Position numbers and translations under genes: made by a program. Below are positions 38,256 to 49,663 of a DNA stretch of 64,000 nt, in pieces. Below the pieces are notes generated by a model. That model saw only the letters and a list, made by a program, of their open reading frames with translations. It was not told the DNA's origin and ran no database searches. Numbering within the stretch: position 1 is the stretch's first letter; each line of letters starts with the position of its first letter. Location of the stretch: the IMG/VR virus record IMGVR_UViG_2858362155_000007, positions 11,124-75,123 of that record; one strand, given 5' to 3'. This stretch comes from a virus.

Positions 38256-38794
38256 CTATCCTTTCGATGAAGCCAGCGCTTCGTTATAACGATTGGTAAT
38301 GGCGATCTCCCACAAATCAAATGCCTCTTCTAAATCTATTGACGTTTTGAGTTCGGTGAGCGTGGCGAAACCGGCTGAGATGATGACGGCAAAGAAGCCA
38401 TCAGCGTTTTTATAATCGACGGGAGTGAACCGGTGATTTTGTTGAGCAGGAATTGGAGGAAACCTTGGCTCCCGTCTTTGCCGAAAAAACTGGTGTTATA
38501 CTTCAACATTTCCAGTTCTAGACGAATAAGGGCTTCACCATCGGGTACATGATTATCAATTAATGTGCTGGTCTTCAGATAAATCTCTTGCCCCTCTTTT
38601 TCGACAGCAACATACGCCATCATCTTTAACATGGCTTCTTTACTGACTTCATAGTCGCCAATTTTAGGCGCATTCGATAGCGGGTATTTCGCCAGAATTT
38701 CACGTCCAATCGTTGCCGGTAATCGGCTAATAATAAAAGTGTGCTCTTCACGATCAGCATCGGTGATCGTAATTTCTTTCGGTTTAATTAACAT
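38256..38794 (-). CDS. Tail chaperone -1 frameshift product
   Basis: T TTT TTC at 38483-38489; -1 frame open to TAG 38256 (..GFATLTELKTSIDLEEAFDLWEI..). Confidence 0.7.
38336..38794 (-). CDS. Tail assembly chaperone
   Basis: Start reassigned to MLIKPKE, after tube gene terminator. Confidence 0.8.
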   Translation of the reverse strand: MLIKPKEITITDADREEHTFIISRLPATIGREILAKYPLSNAPKIGDYEVSKEAMLKMMAYVAVEKEGQEIYLKTSTLIDNHVPDGEALIRLELEMLKYNTSFFGKDGSQGFLQFLLNKITGSLPSIIKTLMASLPSSSQPVSPRSPNSKRQ

Positions 38795-38834
38795 GATTGA
38801 TATCCATAAAAAAAGGCGGAATAACCGCCTAGAA

Positions 38835-39287
38835 TTAACGTGCGCGAGTGCGATCGAAGTCTTGAAATACGAAGGTATACGCTTTGGATTTATGTCGTCC
38901 TGCACTAGCAACAGAGCTACCACGACTACCATTAGTGATTTTGCCGTTGCGTGCCGTGGTTGTTGAACCATCACCATACGAAGCGACCATGGTGATAATA
39001 TCCCCTGCATGCCGTTGTCCACGTCGTGCAGTGTTCGATTCCAGTAAGATAGCGAGGTTTTCGTCTTCTTCACTGCCTGCTAGGACGTTAATGGTGACCG
39101 TTTGAGGTGTTGGCGTTGACCATGTCACCAAATTACCGTTGATATCCATTCCTGTTTGCGCAATGTCCATGGCAGGCAAATCTAACGGATCGGCATCATC
39201 TGCGAAGGCGGTAATTTGAATACCGGCGGGAAAGGTTTTATGAGCCTGAATAACAATACTCAAGCCAGTTGCTGATACATCATGCAT
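38835..39287 (-). CDS. Tail tube protein
   Basis: After sheath; FADDADP motif. Confidence 0.85.
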   Translation of the reverse strand: MHDVSATGLSIVIQAHKTFPAGIQITAFADDADPLDLPAMDIAQTGMDINGNLVTWSTPTPQTVTINVLAGSEEDENLAILLESNTARRGQRHAGDIITMVASYGDGSTTTARNGKITNGSRGSSVASAGRHKSKAYTFVFQDFDRTRAR

Positions 39288-39297
39288 ATTGTGTTCC

Positions 39298-40785
39298 TTA
39301 CACTAAGTTGTGAGAGCCTTCGACTTTACGAACCCAGTCGCCCTTACCGTAAATCAATACGTATTTCATCACGTACTCGGGTAAATCAGAGGGTCCTGTA
39401 TTTTCAACAATTTGAGCGTTGTACCAATAACCTTTGTTTTGTACATCGTGCCACGCTAAATCATCACCAGAAGCGTCTGTCACTGCGATTTTTTGCACAT
39501 CGGTTAAGTTTTTTCCCGCTAGGATCGTGCCGTTATTAATCGCCTTGGTCACCGCCCCCGCAATCACCATCATCGCCCGTGCTTCACCGTCTTTATTGGC
39601 GGGTACTCCGCGTGTGGCCATAAGTAAACTAAACCACTGTTGCGCGATGTAGGCTTTTAACCATTGCTCGTTGGCATGGACACTCATATCTAATGGGTTA
39701 GCAACCCCACCACATAAGAAGCCACGTTGATAGAAACTGATATGTGAACCCGATACCGCCGTTTCTCCGTAATAGTTCACCCGTAGTTTATCTAAGCGAT
39801 CCGCATCGATATCGGTCGTGATTTGCGATGGGAACGTGACACCAAATTGACGATACATATAGTTTGTTGTCGCATTGGTTCGGTCATAATCCGTGGCGGA
39901 CATAATGGCCATAGGTAACGCTTGAACAAAGAAGTTATCTGCTGTTTTTAGGTTTAAGCCCGTTGAAGCCGTACCCACCAACGCCCCGCTAAAATCTTCT
40001 GCATTTTGATTGGTCACAGACAGGTGCAATTGATACTTCACGTTTTCGCCTGCCACGTACTGCGCCAACTCTACGGCATGCTCTAATGAGAGTTCCGTTA
40101 AAAACGTTGCGCTACCAAAAGAGTCAGAAACAGCCTCAGAAGCAATAAAGGCTTGTAACGGAGTTTGCGCTGGATTACCGGCTGATGATGTGCCGTGGCT
40201 AATATTCATTGCATCAGCAAGTACCGATTGACGCACACTAATATCTGCACGCTCTTGTACGCCACCGCTAATGACAAAGGCACTATCCAGCGAATTAAAT
40301 GTGACATAAGCGCTAGCAAATTGAGGCTCGCTTTCTGCATTTAATTTCGCTTGTACAGCTGTTGCAACATCCGCGTATGACGTACTTTCAGAGAGATCAA
40401 TTCCAGTGATTGTTTTGGTCACCTTGCCGATAGTGATATTGAGTTCACCCTCATTAATCAGTTTTAAATCAGCTAAATCGCCTGTCTTTTCGCCAAACAA
40501 GGTAGGCGCTCGACCAACAGGCTCATAAGAGGCAATTTGCAGTTCTTTCGGCTTACTTGCCGGTGCTGGACTGACATAGCTGAAATACTGACGCGCAAAA
40601 TGCGCCTCGGGGGAGTCAGTACCTAATAAGTCATCCACTTGGCCACTGGCAAACTCAAGCACTTTACCAGCAGGAATTTTAGGGTTTGTTGAAAAAACAC
40701 GAGCCGTGAGCTTACGCATCGGTACAGCAGACGCGCCAATCACCGCACTCGCGATATCAACATAGCGAGTTTGTTTGATAGACAT
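39298..40785 (-). CDS. Tail sheath protein (DUF3383-like)
   Basis: 495 aa, synteny, family-like sequence. Confidence 0.88.
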   Translation of the reverse strand: MSIKQTRYVDIASAVIGASAVPMRKLTARVFSTNPKIPAGKVLEFASGQVDDLLGTDSPEAHFARQYFSYVSPAPASKPKELQIASYEPVGRAPTLFGEKTGDLADLKLINEGELNITIGKVTKTITGIDLSESTSYADVATAVQAKLNAESEPQFASAYVTFNSLDSAFVISGGVQERADISVRQSVLADAMNISHGTSSAGNPAQTPLQAFIASEAVSDSFGSATFLTELSLEHAVELAQYVAGENVKYQLHLSVTNQNAEDFSGALVGTASTGLNLKTADNFFVQALPMAIMSATDYDRTNATTNYMYRQFGVTFPSQITTDIDADRLDKLRVNYYGETAVSGSHISFYQRGFLCGGVANPLDMSVHANEQWLKAYIAQQWFSLLMATRGVPANKDGEARAMMVIAGAVTKAINNGTILAGKNLTDVQKIAVTDASGDDLAWHDVQNKGYWYNAQIVENTGPSDLPEYVMKYVLIYGKGDWVRKVEGSHNLV

Positions 40786-40793
40786 AACGTTCC

Positions 40794-41309
40794 TTAAATA
40801 CGATAAATATCAGGATACAACGCACTCACGGCGTCTGTATCAGGATGAAGTGTGCGATTAAATGTCACATTGAAATCAAATGAGGGGTTTTGTTCGTAGT
40901 TGCCCTGGTCATTCAGAAAATAGGGCGTTCGAATACCGGTTGCACGTTGAATGCCAATACCTTGTTTCCGGAGTGCTTCAACAAACGTCAATGAATTGGC
41001 GATCATTCTGACAATCGCGGTAATATCACTCGCTGAATAATGGCCTAACTGGGTAATGAAAGCCTGAACTTGGTACGTTTTTTCAGATAACTGGTTTTCT
41101 TGGTGATTAGCTTTATTGCCTTGAACATTATATTTTCGGCTCTGCCAACCGTGGCCACTTTCATTGATGGGAAAAAACATCACCATGTTGTCTTCACGGC
41201 CTTGCTTGGTAGATTGGAAACCGGCTTTAACGGGGATCCCAATGCCGACTTCTTTTAACTGCAACAAGAGTTGTTTGCGAATAGCAACATCAACCTCATA
41301 ATCCGTCAT
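40794..41309 (-). CDS. Tail terminator / neck protein
   Basis: Synteny. Confidence 0.7.
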   Translation of the reverse strand: MTDYEVDVAIRKQLLLQLKEVGIGIPVKAGFQSTKQGREDNMVMFFPINESGHGWQSRKYNVQGNKANHQENQLSEKTYQVQAFITQLGHYSASDITAIVRMIANSLTFVEALRKQGIGIQRATGIRTPYFLNDQGNYEQNPSFDFNVTFNRTLHPDTDAVSALYPDIYRI

Positions 41310-41667
41310 AAGTACCCGCCTCGATACAGATCACCGATTTCCAGCCATCTTGTTCGTACCAGTCTGCATCACCCACCACATCATATTTTCGACCATTGAA
41401 CACAAGAAAATCAGGAGATGTACCTCGTTGCACCGCTTTAATATCATGAGAGGTATATAGGCGTCGGTACACTTGGCTCGTATCTAATCCCATTGATTGA
41501 ACATCTTGGGTATCGACCGCTTGCCAACTGCCACGAACTTCTACGGGATCATAATAATAATTTTGGTCATTCCCTCGCTCATCGGGTGCCCGTTCTTTAA
41601 ATCGAAACCAAAGCACCTTTTGCTGAGGAATATAACGTGAAGCAATACGATTTAAGTTACCAAACAT
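41296..41667 (-). CDS. Head closure protein
   Basis: Synteny. Confidence 0.7.
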   Translation of the reverse strand: MFGNLNRIASRYIPQQKVLWFRFKERAPDERGNDQNYYYDPVEVRGSWQAVDTQDVQSMGLDTSQVYRRLYTSHDIKAVQRGTSPDFLVFNGRKYDVVGDADWYEQDGWKSVICIEAGTYDGL

Positions 41668-42125
41668 TATTTATCCTCCACTGCGAAACTAACCGCTTGA
41701 AGCATTTGGCCGGTATCAACTAACGGCTTATCCGTGGCTTTACCTTTGCTATGGCGCCGTGCTCTTGCCTTGACCGTTGACTCTTCCAGCGCTGGGGTGG
41801 TGACTGCTTTAATTGCCATTTTCACATCCCCCGCCACCGTCGCACCAATTTGTGTCAGCCCATTATCCAGCGTGATGTTTCCCTTAATAGAGGCTTTCAC
41901 AGCACGAAAAATTAACTGACTATAATCCTGCTTTTTGTCATTCATGGTCGGACGTAAAAATGGGCGAGGAGGAATGCCACCAGCCGGATAGCCCAACTCT
42001 TGAATAGCTGCAACATAAGCAATAGGTGTTCCATCGGGATATTTTGCGTGTTCAAAAAAACCAACACTTAATCGCTTTTTAGCCAATTCATCGTAAACCG
42101 CTTTTAATTGCGCTAATTTAGTCAT
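41667..42125 (-). CDS. Tail completion / neck protein
   Basis: IPPRPFLR, KPLVDTGQM motifs. Confidence 0.8.
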   Translation of the reverse strand: MTKLAQLKAVYDELAKKRLSVGFFEHAKYPDGTPIAYVAAIQELGYPAGGIPPRPFLRPTMNDKKQDYSQLIFRAVKASIKGNITLDNGLTQIGATVAGDVKMAIKAVTTPALEESTVKARARRHSKGKATDKPLVDTGQMLQAVSFAVEDK

Positions 42126-42562
42126 TAACGTAATCGCCCTCCTCGCGTAAATCGCCCACCTACACCACGAAATGCTGAACGTTCGCCACCACCACCCAAA
42201 TATTGAGGGACGCTACAACGTTTGATCAGTGCAAGAAACTGCTGGCCAAAGGTGGTCATTTTAAACCAGTGCGACCAATCCGAACCGGCAGGCGGTGCCG
42301 TAAATGACACGCTCACTTTATCGATAGTCACACTCGTCACCACACCGGTAGGCGACTCATCATCAGCAATCATTTTTCTAAGTGTTAGCATGTGTGCAAC
42401 AACGAGCATCCACAGCTCGTTAGTGCAAACACCCTTACAGGCAGAGAAATAGTTCAACGCAGATTGAGCAATGATATCTATTTCATCATCACCCACACCG
42501 TTAAACTGCGGATAGAGCACACGGAATGACGTTAAAGGAAATGTGCTCGTCTCCATGATCAC
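42125..42562 (-). CDS. Head-tail adaptor (DUF4054-like)
   Basis: FRVLYPQF, AHMLTL, TTFGQQF. Confidence 0.82.
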   Translation of the reverse strand: MIMETSTFPLTSFRVLYPQFNGVGDDEIDIIAQSALNYFSACKGVCTNELWMLVVAHMLTLRKMIADDESPTGVVTSVTIDKVSVSFTAPPAGSDWSHWFKMTTFGQQFLALIKRCSVPQYLGGGGERSAFRGVGGRFTRGGRLR

Positions 42563-42900
42563 TTACCTTTTTTGTTGGTTTTAGGAACGTCTAACTTTTC
42601 AGCCTCTAATGATTCAGGGGTATCAGGGGCTGATTGGTCGCTCGCTTCCATATCAGTGGCGACTTTTTCAGGATCTTCTTTGCGAGGCTCAACGGTAATA
42701 AAACCATTCTCACAATGAAGGTTAAAAACGTGATTTTCCTTGAGCTGTTTGTATTGCTCATCAGAAATTTCCGTCACACGGCCACGCGGTGTGTACATGT
42801 GTTTGGTCATCACGTTCGCTTGACCGGCAATAAACACTTTCCCGTTTCTCACGGTATAGTTCTGGTCATTTGATAAGGTGCAATATGCGTAAAGAGGCAT
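42559..42900 (-). CDS. Hypothetical virion protein
   Basis: After MCP terminator, AGGAG RBS. Confidence 0.7.
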   Translation of the reverse strand: MPLYAYCTLSNDQNYTVRNGKVFIAGQANVMTKHMYTPRGRVTEISDEQYKQLKENHVFNLHCENGFITVEPRKEDPEKVATDMEASDQSAPDTPESLEAEKLDVPKTNKKGK

Positions 42901-42969
42901 GGAGTGCTCTCCTGTTGTTTAGATATAAAAAAGCCCTCAAATGAGGGCGCAAAAAGAGAAGTGGTAAGA

Positions 42970-44037
42970 TTAAATGCCGGTTAAGCGTGTTACCGCCCAC
43001 GGACGGGTCACAAATACACCTGCAGTCGCATTGGTTGCATCTTCCATATACCCTTTAATTTGGTTGAGTGAACCTAATAACTGGTATTTCACAGGCACGA
43101 CTTGCAAGATCACCGCACTGGTTGCCGTTGAGCCATCATCAATACTATCTGCGAACATATAGGCCACATCAGCCCCACCATTTGCGCCAACAAATTCAGG
43201 AGAGAAAACCAGACGCATATTGGGATAGTTTTCATTTATCCATTGTTTGACTGTTTCACCGCGTGCCACCGGATTAGCCACATTCAGTGCAGAACGAAAG
43301 CCCAACGGCAATGTTAAGGTGATTGGCGTGTCATCTTTAATAATACCGCCAGAGCTTGTTTCAATACGCGAGAACATATCAGTAATATCGGCAGTAATAT
43401 CTGCAAATGTTCCGCCTTTCCATTTGCCTTTTGCGGTTTCATAGGCGGGTAAGTTAGGCTCATTCATCAAACCAAAGACGCGCGTTTCAGGGCTATTAAA
43501 TCCGTAGTAACCCACTCGCTCACGCCCTTTCTCTAATGATTCAGTCACTGAATTGCGCTTTTCTTCCATCGCAACAAAACCTGCAGACGATTGGCGCGCT
43601 TCTTCTAATTTCCCCACTTGGAAGCCTAATTCGAAACGGACGAGACCACGGCGCTCTTGGTCTTGCGCATAAGATGCTAATGGCACATTGGTATGATCAC
43701 CATAAAGTTCGGCTTTACCGATTGGTGTCGCCACATTCAGAATGATCTCTTCATCATGCCATTCGCCCGCATTGACGATACCCGTGATTTCATCTAACAC
43801 ACGCACACGCGTTGCGGTACGAATGACACCCGGTAAAACGTGTTGCAACATTTCGCGTTGAATTAAGCCCCCCTGCATTGCACCACCGCTAATTGCGGAG
43901 TCCATCGCAGAAAAACCACCAAAGCCGATTTGCGCTAATTCCCCGTATGTCCATTTCTGATCAGGGTTAATATTTAGTTGGCCATGTTTTTTGACATCAC
44001 GACCAGACATGTGAAACTTAATTTTACTGACTGGCAT
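42970..44037 (-). CDS. Major capsid protein (DUF2184-like)
   Basis: GLMNEPNL; followed by terminator; synteny. Confidence 0.88.
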   Translation of the reverse strand: MPVSKIKFHMSGRDVKKHGQLNINPDQKWTYGELAQIGFGGFSAMDSAISGGAMQGGLIQREMLQHVLPGVIRTATRVRVLDEITGIVNAGEWHDEEIILNVATPIGKAELYGDHTNVPLASYAQDQERRGLVRFELGFQVGKLEEARQSSAGFVAMEEKRNSVTESLEKGRERVGYYGFNSPETRVFGLMNEPNLPAYETAKGKWKGGTFADITADITDMFSRIETSSGGIIKDDTPITLTLPLGFRSALNVANPVARGETVKQWINENYPNMRLVFSPEFVGANGGADVAYMFADSIDDGSTATSAVILQVVPVKYQLLGSLNQIKGYMEDATNATAGVFVTRPWAVTRLTGI

Positions 44038-44534
44038 TATTCACCTTCCTTTGGAGATGCTGGATATGGGATTTCTGTTAAACGAATAATGCCCAAGTGA
44101 GCACTTTCTGTTGACTCAAGGTGTCGGCTGATAAAACCAATGACACGATCACCGGCACTAATGGTGGCTTTCGAAGATAGCGAACCGTCTGCTTCATCAA
44201 AAACAACCGGTGCGTTGATTTTTCCTGCCACTTCTTTTAGTTCAACGAAAACCTCCCCCATTGTCAGGAATTCACCTTGCGTACCGTTACGAGCGAATGC
44301 TTCTTCGATACGATAGGCTTTAGGGTTAATCATGATCCCCGCAAATGCCCCTTTTCCCCCAACTTGAACAGATTCCACGGAATCATCTTTGTAGGTATAG
44401 GCGCGACCGAAAATATTCAGCTTTTCATCTGCTGAACTGAGAATGGCGGAAACAGCGCGAATAGGACCTGCATGACTAATTTCACCGACAACACCAGAAA
44501 TTAAGCCGTTTGCTACTGATTTAGGAATTGCCAT
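44037..44534 (-). CDS. Capsid decoration protein
   Basis: Between scaffold/protease and MCP. Confidence 0.72.
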   Translation of the reverse strand: MAIPKSVANGLISGVVGEISHAGPIRAVSAILSSADEKLNIFGRAYTYKDDSVESVQVGGKGAFAGIMINPKAYRIEEAFARNGTQGEFLTMGEVFVELKEVAGKINAPVVFDEADGSLSSKATISAGDRVIGFISRHLESTESAHLGIIRLTEIPYPASPKEGE

Positions 44535-45793
44535 TATTTAGCTCCCCATTTATCCATAATTGATTTATTGCTCACTGCAGAGTCCATTGTTGAGCTGGTC
44601 TTTTGAGAATCAGGCACACGCCCTTGCATCCAAGCATCAAGAGCAATGGCTTCTGTACCTTTACTGCATTGAATACCCAGTTTTTCAACACCGTACTCGG
44701 CAACTTGTTGTTGAGTCATGGCTGAGTGGTCAAACACACCAATAAATGGCGTTAATTTATGCGCTAACGAATCACGCGCACCGATTTGTTTGAGTAACTC
44801 CCCCGTATCCATTGCCGGTTTGGCCTTTTCTAATCGCTTAATTTTACGTTTTAGCGATGCCATTTCGTCCATGGCGGTCATGCTACGATTTAAGCGTTTT
44901 AAACGACGATGAAGTCCATCGGTAGTGGCTTGGTCAAGATGCTCTTTGGCTTCTTCAATCGCTTCGACAGCTTCTTCAATGGCGACCTCTGCTTTCTCAA
45001 CTGCTTCAGGTTCGCCAGATTCAGCCTCTTCTGTGGCAATTTCGGCTTTTTCCACTGCTTCTTCTGCTTTCTGCTCTTCGTCAGGGTCTGAATCAGTTGA
45101 AGGCTTATCTTTATCTTCTGGTTCATCATCTGTCGCAGGTTTAGCGCTGGTGATTGCTTCTTTGATCATGGCTTTTAACGCTTCCAATTGCTCGGGCGTA
45201 AATGCACCCTCATCAGTGGTTTGCTTCTCTTTGTTTTCTTCTTCGTTCATGCGAATAAGTTCCTTTGTGTCTATGGTAATAACGGAATGGTCTTGCACAG
45301 CAACATCAGCGCCAGTGCGCCCTTCATCAACTAACGCAAGATGGTTGGCTCTAATATGCCGTTGTATGGCGTCATAACGTTCACCGTTAAATTCGCCTGG
45401 TGTGAAATCGTAAACACAGCGATAACCCGGAGATAATTCAATTTTTCCTCCTTCAATTTGGTTAAGCGCTGAATTAGACAGGATTTTGATATTGCCTCTG
45501 AGGTAGGGATATTCAAAATAGACTCGCTCCCCGATGACCCCTTGTATCCCCTTTGTCTCCGCGGGTGTACCGTCTTTCCCTAACATTTCATGCTCATCAA
45601 CAAAGGGCATTAATTTGAAAGAATTAATTGTCTCTGTGCTGGCCAATTCTTCTTGTGGGCGATACACCTTGTAAATTTTTTCGGGTATCGGTGCGCCAAT
45701 TTCAAACCCTAAATAATCAAAAACCCCAACTTTAGAGATGGGGTTATCTTTCACTTCTAGCCAGCCATTTAAATCATATTGTCGCTTTGTCAT
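44534..45793 (-). CDS. DUF2213 prohead protease/scaffold
   Basis: [18 protein letters not shown]; acidic C-terminus. Confidence 0.88.
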   Translation of the reverse strand: MTKRQYDLNGWLEVKDNPISKVGVFDYLGFEIGAPIPEKIYKVYRPQEELASTETINSFKLMPFVDEHEMLGKDGTPAETKGIQGVIGERVYFEYPYLRGNIKILSNSALNQIEGGKIELSPGYRCVYDFTPGEFNGERYDAIQRHIRANHLALVDEGRTGADVAVQDHSVITIDTKELIRMNEEENKEKQTTDEGAFTPEQLEALKAMIKEAITSAKPATDDEPEDKDKPSTDSDPDEEQKAEEAVEKAEIATEEAESGEPEAVEKAEVAIEEAVEAIEEAKEHLDQATTDGLHRRLKRLNRSMTAMDEMASLKRKIKRLEKAKPAMDTGELLKQIGARDSLAHKLTPFIGVFDHSAMTQQQVAEYGVEKLGIQCSKGTEAIALDAWMQGRVPDSQKTSSTMDSAVSNKSIMDKWGAK

Positions 45794-46644
45794 GTCTCCT
45801 CACCGAAATCTATTACTGGTGTCCAGAAGCACTTACAACCCGGCTCCTCACCCGGCAAACCTCTCCTTCCTGTTTTTTTGTTAATTATAGGAGGATTGTC
45901 TAAATCAAACTCCTTACCATCTAACTCAAGATGTAGCTCCCTAGGTTCTGCACTACCGTTTGAATGATGCCAAACTGCTTTACGAATACCCGCAGATTTC
46001 ATACGAGCGTAATTACATGCAGTTGTAATCTTTCGTGTTTGGTCAACAGCAATAAAGTTTGCTCTACTTTCTGTAACGCTACCCGTATCCCTAATTTCCT
46101 CTAATAGCGTCTTTGCGCCCTCACCACCTTGGCTAATAGAACGTAATGCAACACTTTCAATACGTTGATGAAATTGCAGTGGAATAGATTTAATTAACGA
46201 TACGTTTTCAGCTGTAGAGGCAATAATTTTATCTTTCAGGGCTTCGGGCATGGCTGGGGTTTTGATGGTGATCCCCCCTGACAACTGTTTGAGAGAATCA
46301 TCTAAATTACGCTTTGCGCCTATATCGACTTGGGAAACAAATTTATCCGCAATCTCTGTGGATTTTTGTTTAAAAATCTTATCCCATTTGCGTTTTAGCC
46401 GGTTAAGCCAGATGCGTGTTTGACTGGCGAAACTGGCATCCATCGTAAAACCGTCAAAGTCGTCATTTAATTCGCTAAACACTTTTTCATAGTCTTTAAT
46501 CATTGCATTAATGAGTCGTGACATGTCACCTTGATAACGACTAGCTGGGGCGACTGAATACTGCAGAGGTTTCCCTTTCATTACTGCTTGACGAGAGGTT
46601 GCCCATTGCGCTCGCTTCGTTCGTACTCGTATTCGCCTCGACAT
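45790..46644 (-). CDS. Head morphogenesis protein (SPP1 gp7/Mu F-like)
   Basis: IAVDQT..., R..H..LDGK.F, PG....CKC. Confidence 0.88.
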   Translation of the reverse strand: MSRRIRVRTKRAQWATSRQAVMKGKPLQYSVAPASRYQGDMSRLINAMIKDYEKVFSELNDDFDGFTMDASFASQTRIWLNRLKRKWDKIFKQKSTEIADKFVSQVDIGAKRNLDDSLKQLSGGITIKTPAMPEALKDKIIASTAENVSLIKSIPLQFHQRIESVALRSISQGGEGAKTLLEEIRDTGSVTESRANFIAVDQTRKITTACNYARMKSAGIRKAVWHHSNGSAEPRELHLELDGKEFDLDNPPIINKKTGRRGLPGEEPGCKCFWTPVIDFGEET

Positions 46645-48043
46645 AATCTGCCTCGTTCACTTCAATGCCGTAATAGCTAGACGCTTTATCACTGGCCAGT
46701 TTTTTACGGATATCTAGCCCATCAATCGCCCCCGTTGTTGCATAAGCTGAATCGGCTTGTGCTTGTTTAAGCTCAATATCTGCACTCTCAACAGCCGTTG
46801 GGCTATCAAGTGGTGCCCATGTGATAGAGATTTCTGTCACGGGTAAACCATCGCTACGCATTAACATGTCATAATGACGCTGTAATAGCTCTTCGAGGTC
46901 GTTTGACTGAATACTTTCAAGCTCTTCGCGATAATTGGCTTCTTCGTATTCACCCGTTGAATTAAAGCCTTTCGGGGTAGTACCTAGCAGTTTTGTTGCT
47001 GGTACATTTGAAGCCGATGCCACCAGCTGATATTGCGTCATAATCGTAGCGTCTAAATCCGCTAACGAGGTATCAAACTGTTGAACAGTGTCATCACTGC
47101 CCGTCATTTGTACACCGTAGTTATCGCGCATCTCCATAAAATAGAGCATGTTTTCGCGAATAATGTCTTTATCAGCGCTTTCTGGGTCTGCAATCCCCAT
47201 CGTAAGTAAACGCTTGGTCATTGCCAGTTGTGGTGCTTCATTGGCTGTGCGTTCTGAAGCGTAGACACGCTCATAAATGCGCTCAGGAACAGAAACACCA
47301 AAGTAGTTGTACATTGGTTTAAGCACGTTAGGCACAGGAAACGGTACAAACTTAATAAAGTGAGACTTGTGATACTTACGCCCACCAATCACATAATAGG
47401 TTGGCTCGTAGAAATCCATGCTAGCAGGATCTTGAACATTGGCATCCGTTAAATCAGGTGTTACCCATTGTGGATCAATCTGTTTAATCCCCTTGTACAT
47501 CCCTTTGGTCACACCATCGATATTAAACGGGTTTTCATACCACTCTTTCGGGTTTGATGTCTCCACAACGAATAATGCTAAACGACCACCGTATACACGC
47601 CCAAAGTGAACCAGCTCTTTAAGCTGATGTGTAATGCGGTATTTTTTATCTCGTTTGCGAAGCTTTTTACTGATAGCACGATCATCATCGTTATCACAAT
47701 CAATATCGTAACCCTGACGTATTGCATCACGCGCGGGCATATTACAGGCTTTATCCACCAGCCAGTGTTTAGCGATAACCGCACACATATTGTTGCCGAT
47801 AAACATTTGTGAGGCATACCATGAGGCCTGTGACTCTGGCACACCGTAAACCTGCTCACCTTTAAATGAGGGCACATAGCTATCAATGCTATCCATCGCA
47901 GCACCTGCAATTGTGGGTTGGGGTAAATTAATCCCATCAAAGCCTCGTTCTCGCGCCAGCGCAGGATATAAGTCAGTTGTGAATGCTGACCGTTTAACTG
48001 GTGCGAGTGGTTCTGTTTTTCGCCTCTTAAACGGCCACCACAT
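46541..48043 (-). CDS. Portal protein (DUF1073-like)
   Basis: GRVYGG, PATKLLG.TPKG.NSTGE. Confidence 0.9.
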   Translation of the reverse strand: MWWPFKRRKTEPLAPVKRSAFTTDLYPALARERGFDGINLPQPTIAGAAMDSIDSYVPSFKGEQVYGVPESQASWYASQMFIGNNMCAVIAKHWLVDKACNMPARDAIRQGYDIDCDNDDDRAISKKLRKRDKKYRITHQLKELVHFGRVYGGRLALFVVETSNPKEWYENPFNIDGVTKGMYKGIKQIDPQWVTPDLTDANVQDPASMDFYEPTYYVIGGRKYHKSHFIKFVPFPVPNVLKPMYNYFGVSVPERIYERVYASERTANEAPQLAMTKRLLTMGIADPESADKDIIRENMLYFMEMRDNYGVQMTGSDDTVQQFDTSLADLDATIMTQYQLVASASNVPATKLLGTTPKGFNSTGEYEEANYREELESIQSNDLEELLQRHYDMLMRSDGLPVTEISITWAPLDSPTAVESADIELKQAQADSAYATTGAIDGLDIRKKLASDKASSYYGIEVNEADYVEANTSTNEASAMGNLSSSSNERETSAVFSRPS

Positions 48044-48046
48044 AGT

Positions 48047-49450
48047 TCATCTCCTAGTTGTGAAGAAACTACCTTTTTTCTTCTGATATAAATCGCGTAA
48101 TGCTTGAGTCATGGCATCTACTGTGTCGTCATTGCTAGAGAACGGAAATGTAGTGATCTCTTCTACTGTTTCAACAATCCAAGGTGCAATGCTTTTGTGT
48201 GGTAGCCACACATTGCCAGCTTCCCACTCAGCAGTACACGCATGAGCACGTGCAACCTTGCTACCATCTGGCTCGACGGGAATTAACCCTGATACGGTTG
48301 ATTTGAGAGAGTCGATTACAGCAGGGCCATTGGCTTTGTCTTCCACCAGCTTACGTCGTCCCTCAGGGAATTTTTCAGCTAACCATTTCACCGATTTTAA
48401 GGTTTCAGTAAAGCTCATGCGTTTTCTAATTTGATACAGTAGATAAGCGTTTGCGTCTTTCTTGCCCCATACCTGCCCCACCACATAGTCAGTACCGTCA
48501 CTGTCTTTAAAGGTCATATCCCAACTATGGATAACCTTATCGAATTTTTCAGGTAGGTCTTTCGGTAGATAGTACTGAGCAAATTCTTCGTGGAAGATTT
48601 GACCATCACCCGGCTTAGGTGATTGTTGGTACATTGCAGACCAAAAGTAATCACCGAGGATTGCTTTTGTCTCAAGGAGTTTGTCGATTGGGTGTAACTC
48701 TGGTACCAACGCTTCTCCTTTCTCATTAATGGCAGGGAATGCAAGCACCTTGGTTTCAGGCGCTTTTTCTTTTAATTGACCAGACAAATCATCAGTTGCC
48801 CATCGAGTGGCCATGATAATTTCACCGCTATTTTTTGATAAACGGGTCTTAAAGGTCGAAACGTACCAGTTCCAAATTGATTTTTTAACAGTTGGGCTAA
48901 GTGCCTCTTTCGAGTTCTTTATCGGGTCATCAATAATGCCGAGGTCAACTTTCTTACCCGTTAATGGGCCACCTACCCCCGCACAAACATAACTGCCTTT
49001 GTGATTAGCGATACCGAACTCGTCAGAATTACGTTTAACTGGAATGCCATTTTCAGGCTTATTGCCTAACCAACTTTTAGGAAATAGCACGCGATATTCA
49101 TCGGACATCATAATGCGCTGAACATCGGTATTCATATCACCGGCTAAATCTGAGGAATAAGACAGCGCACCCACACGCATGTTAGGATATTTTCCAAAGA
49201 AATAAGCGGGAAGATAACGAGAAACAATATCAGACTTACCATGCTGAGGGGGCGCACTTAAAATTATCTTAGGGCGTTCACCCTTCATCATATTTTCAAT
49301 AAATATATCTAGCGCATTACATACCGTTTCTGAAAAGTGGCTTGTAATGTATTCAGGGTTTATATACTGAATAAATTCATGCAAACTACGGCGTGCTATC
49401 TCCCTTTCGATTTCTTCATCAAACAAACTGAAATCGATATCCATAGTCAC
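48047..49450 (-). CDS. terL: Terminase large subunit
   Basis: PPQHGKS, IIDDPIK, DDTVDAMTQAL. Confidence 0.95.
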   Translation of the reverse strand: MTMDIDFSLFDEEIEREIARRSLHEFIQYINPEYITSHFSETVCNALDIFIENMMKGERPKIILSAPPQHGKSDIVSRYLPAYFFGKYPNMRVGALSYSSDLAGDMNTDVQRIMMSDEYRVLFPKSWLGNKPENGIPVKRNSDEFGIANHKGSYVCAGVGGPLTGKKVDLGIIDDPIKNSKEALSPTVKKSIWNWYVSTFKTRLSKNSGEIIMATRWATDDLSGQLKEKAPETKVLAFPAINEKGEALVPELHPIDKLLETKAILGDYFWSAMYQQSPKPGDGQIFHEEFAQYYLPKDLPEKFDKVIHSWDMTFKDSDGTDYVVGQVWGKKDANAYLLYQIRKRMSFTETLKSVKWLAEKFPEGRRKLVEDKANGPAVIDSLKSTVSGLIPVEPDGSKVARAHACTAEWEAGNVWLPHKSIAPWIVETVEEITTFPFSSNDDTVDAMTQALRDLYQKKKGSFFTTRR

Positions 49451-49663
49451 ACCTAAAATATAATAAATAGCCCTTTCACCTCAAAATAACAGTGAAATGG
49501 AAAGTGAGTTTCCAATAACAAATTAGAAACAAATAAAAAGCCTAAACTCAGGAAGAAGATTTAGACTTTTATCGGTTTTAGATGACATTTTAATTGAGTT
49601 GAAAAACGGGATAAGAGAAATATCTTTTTAATTTTTCAATTACTCAAATCAAAACGATCATAT

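Noticed and set aside
38795..39073. N-terminal extension of the 245-aa track ORF
   Set aside because: Overlaps the tail tube gene and crosses a terminator; real start is likely 38794
44925..45377. 150-aa Ser/Ala-rich + strand ORF
   Set aside because: Antisense shadow of the acidic scaffold region
46541..48043. Anti-CBASS (Acb1) reading of the DUF1073-like protein
   Set aside because: Size, motifs and position after terL indicate a portal protein
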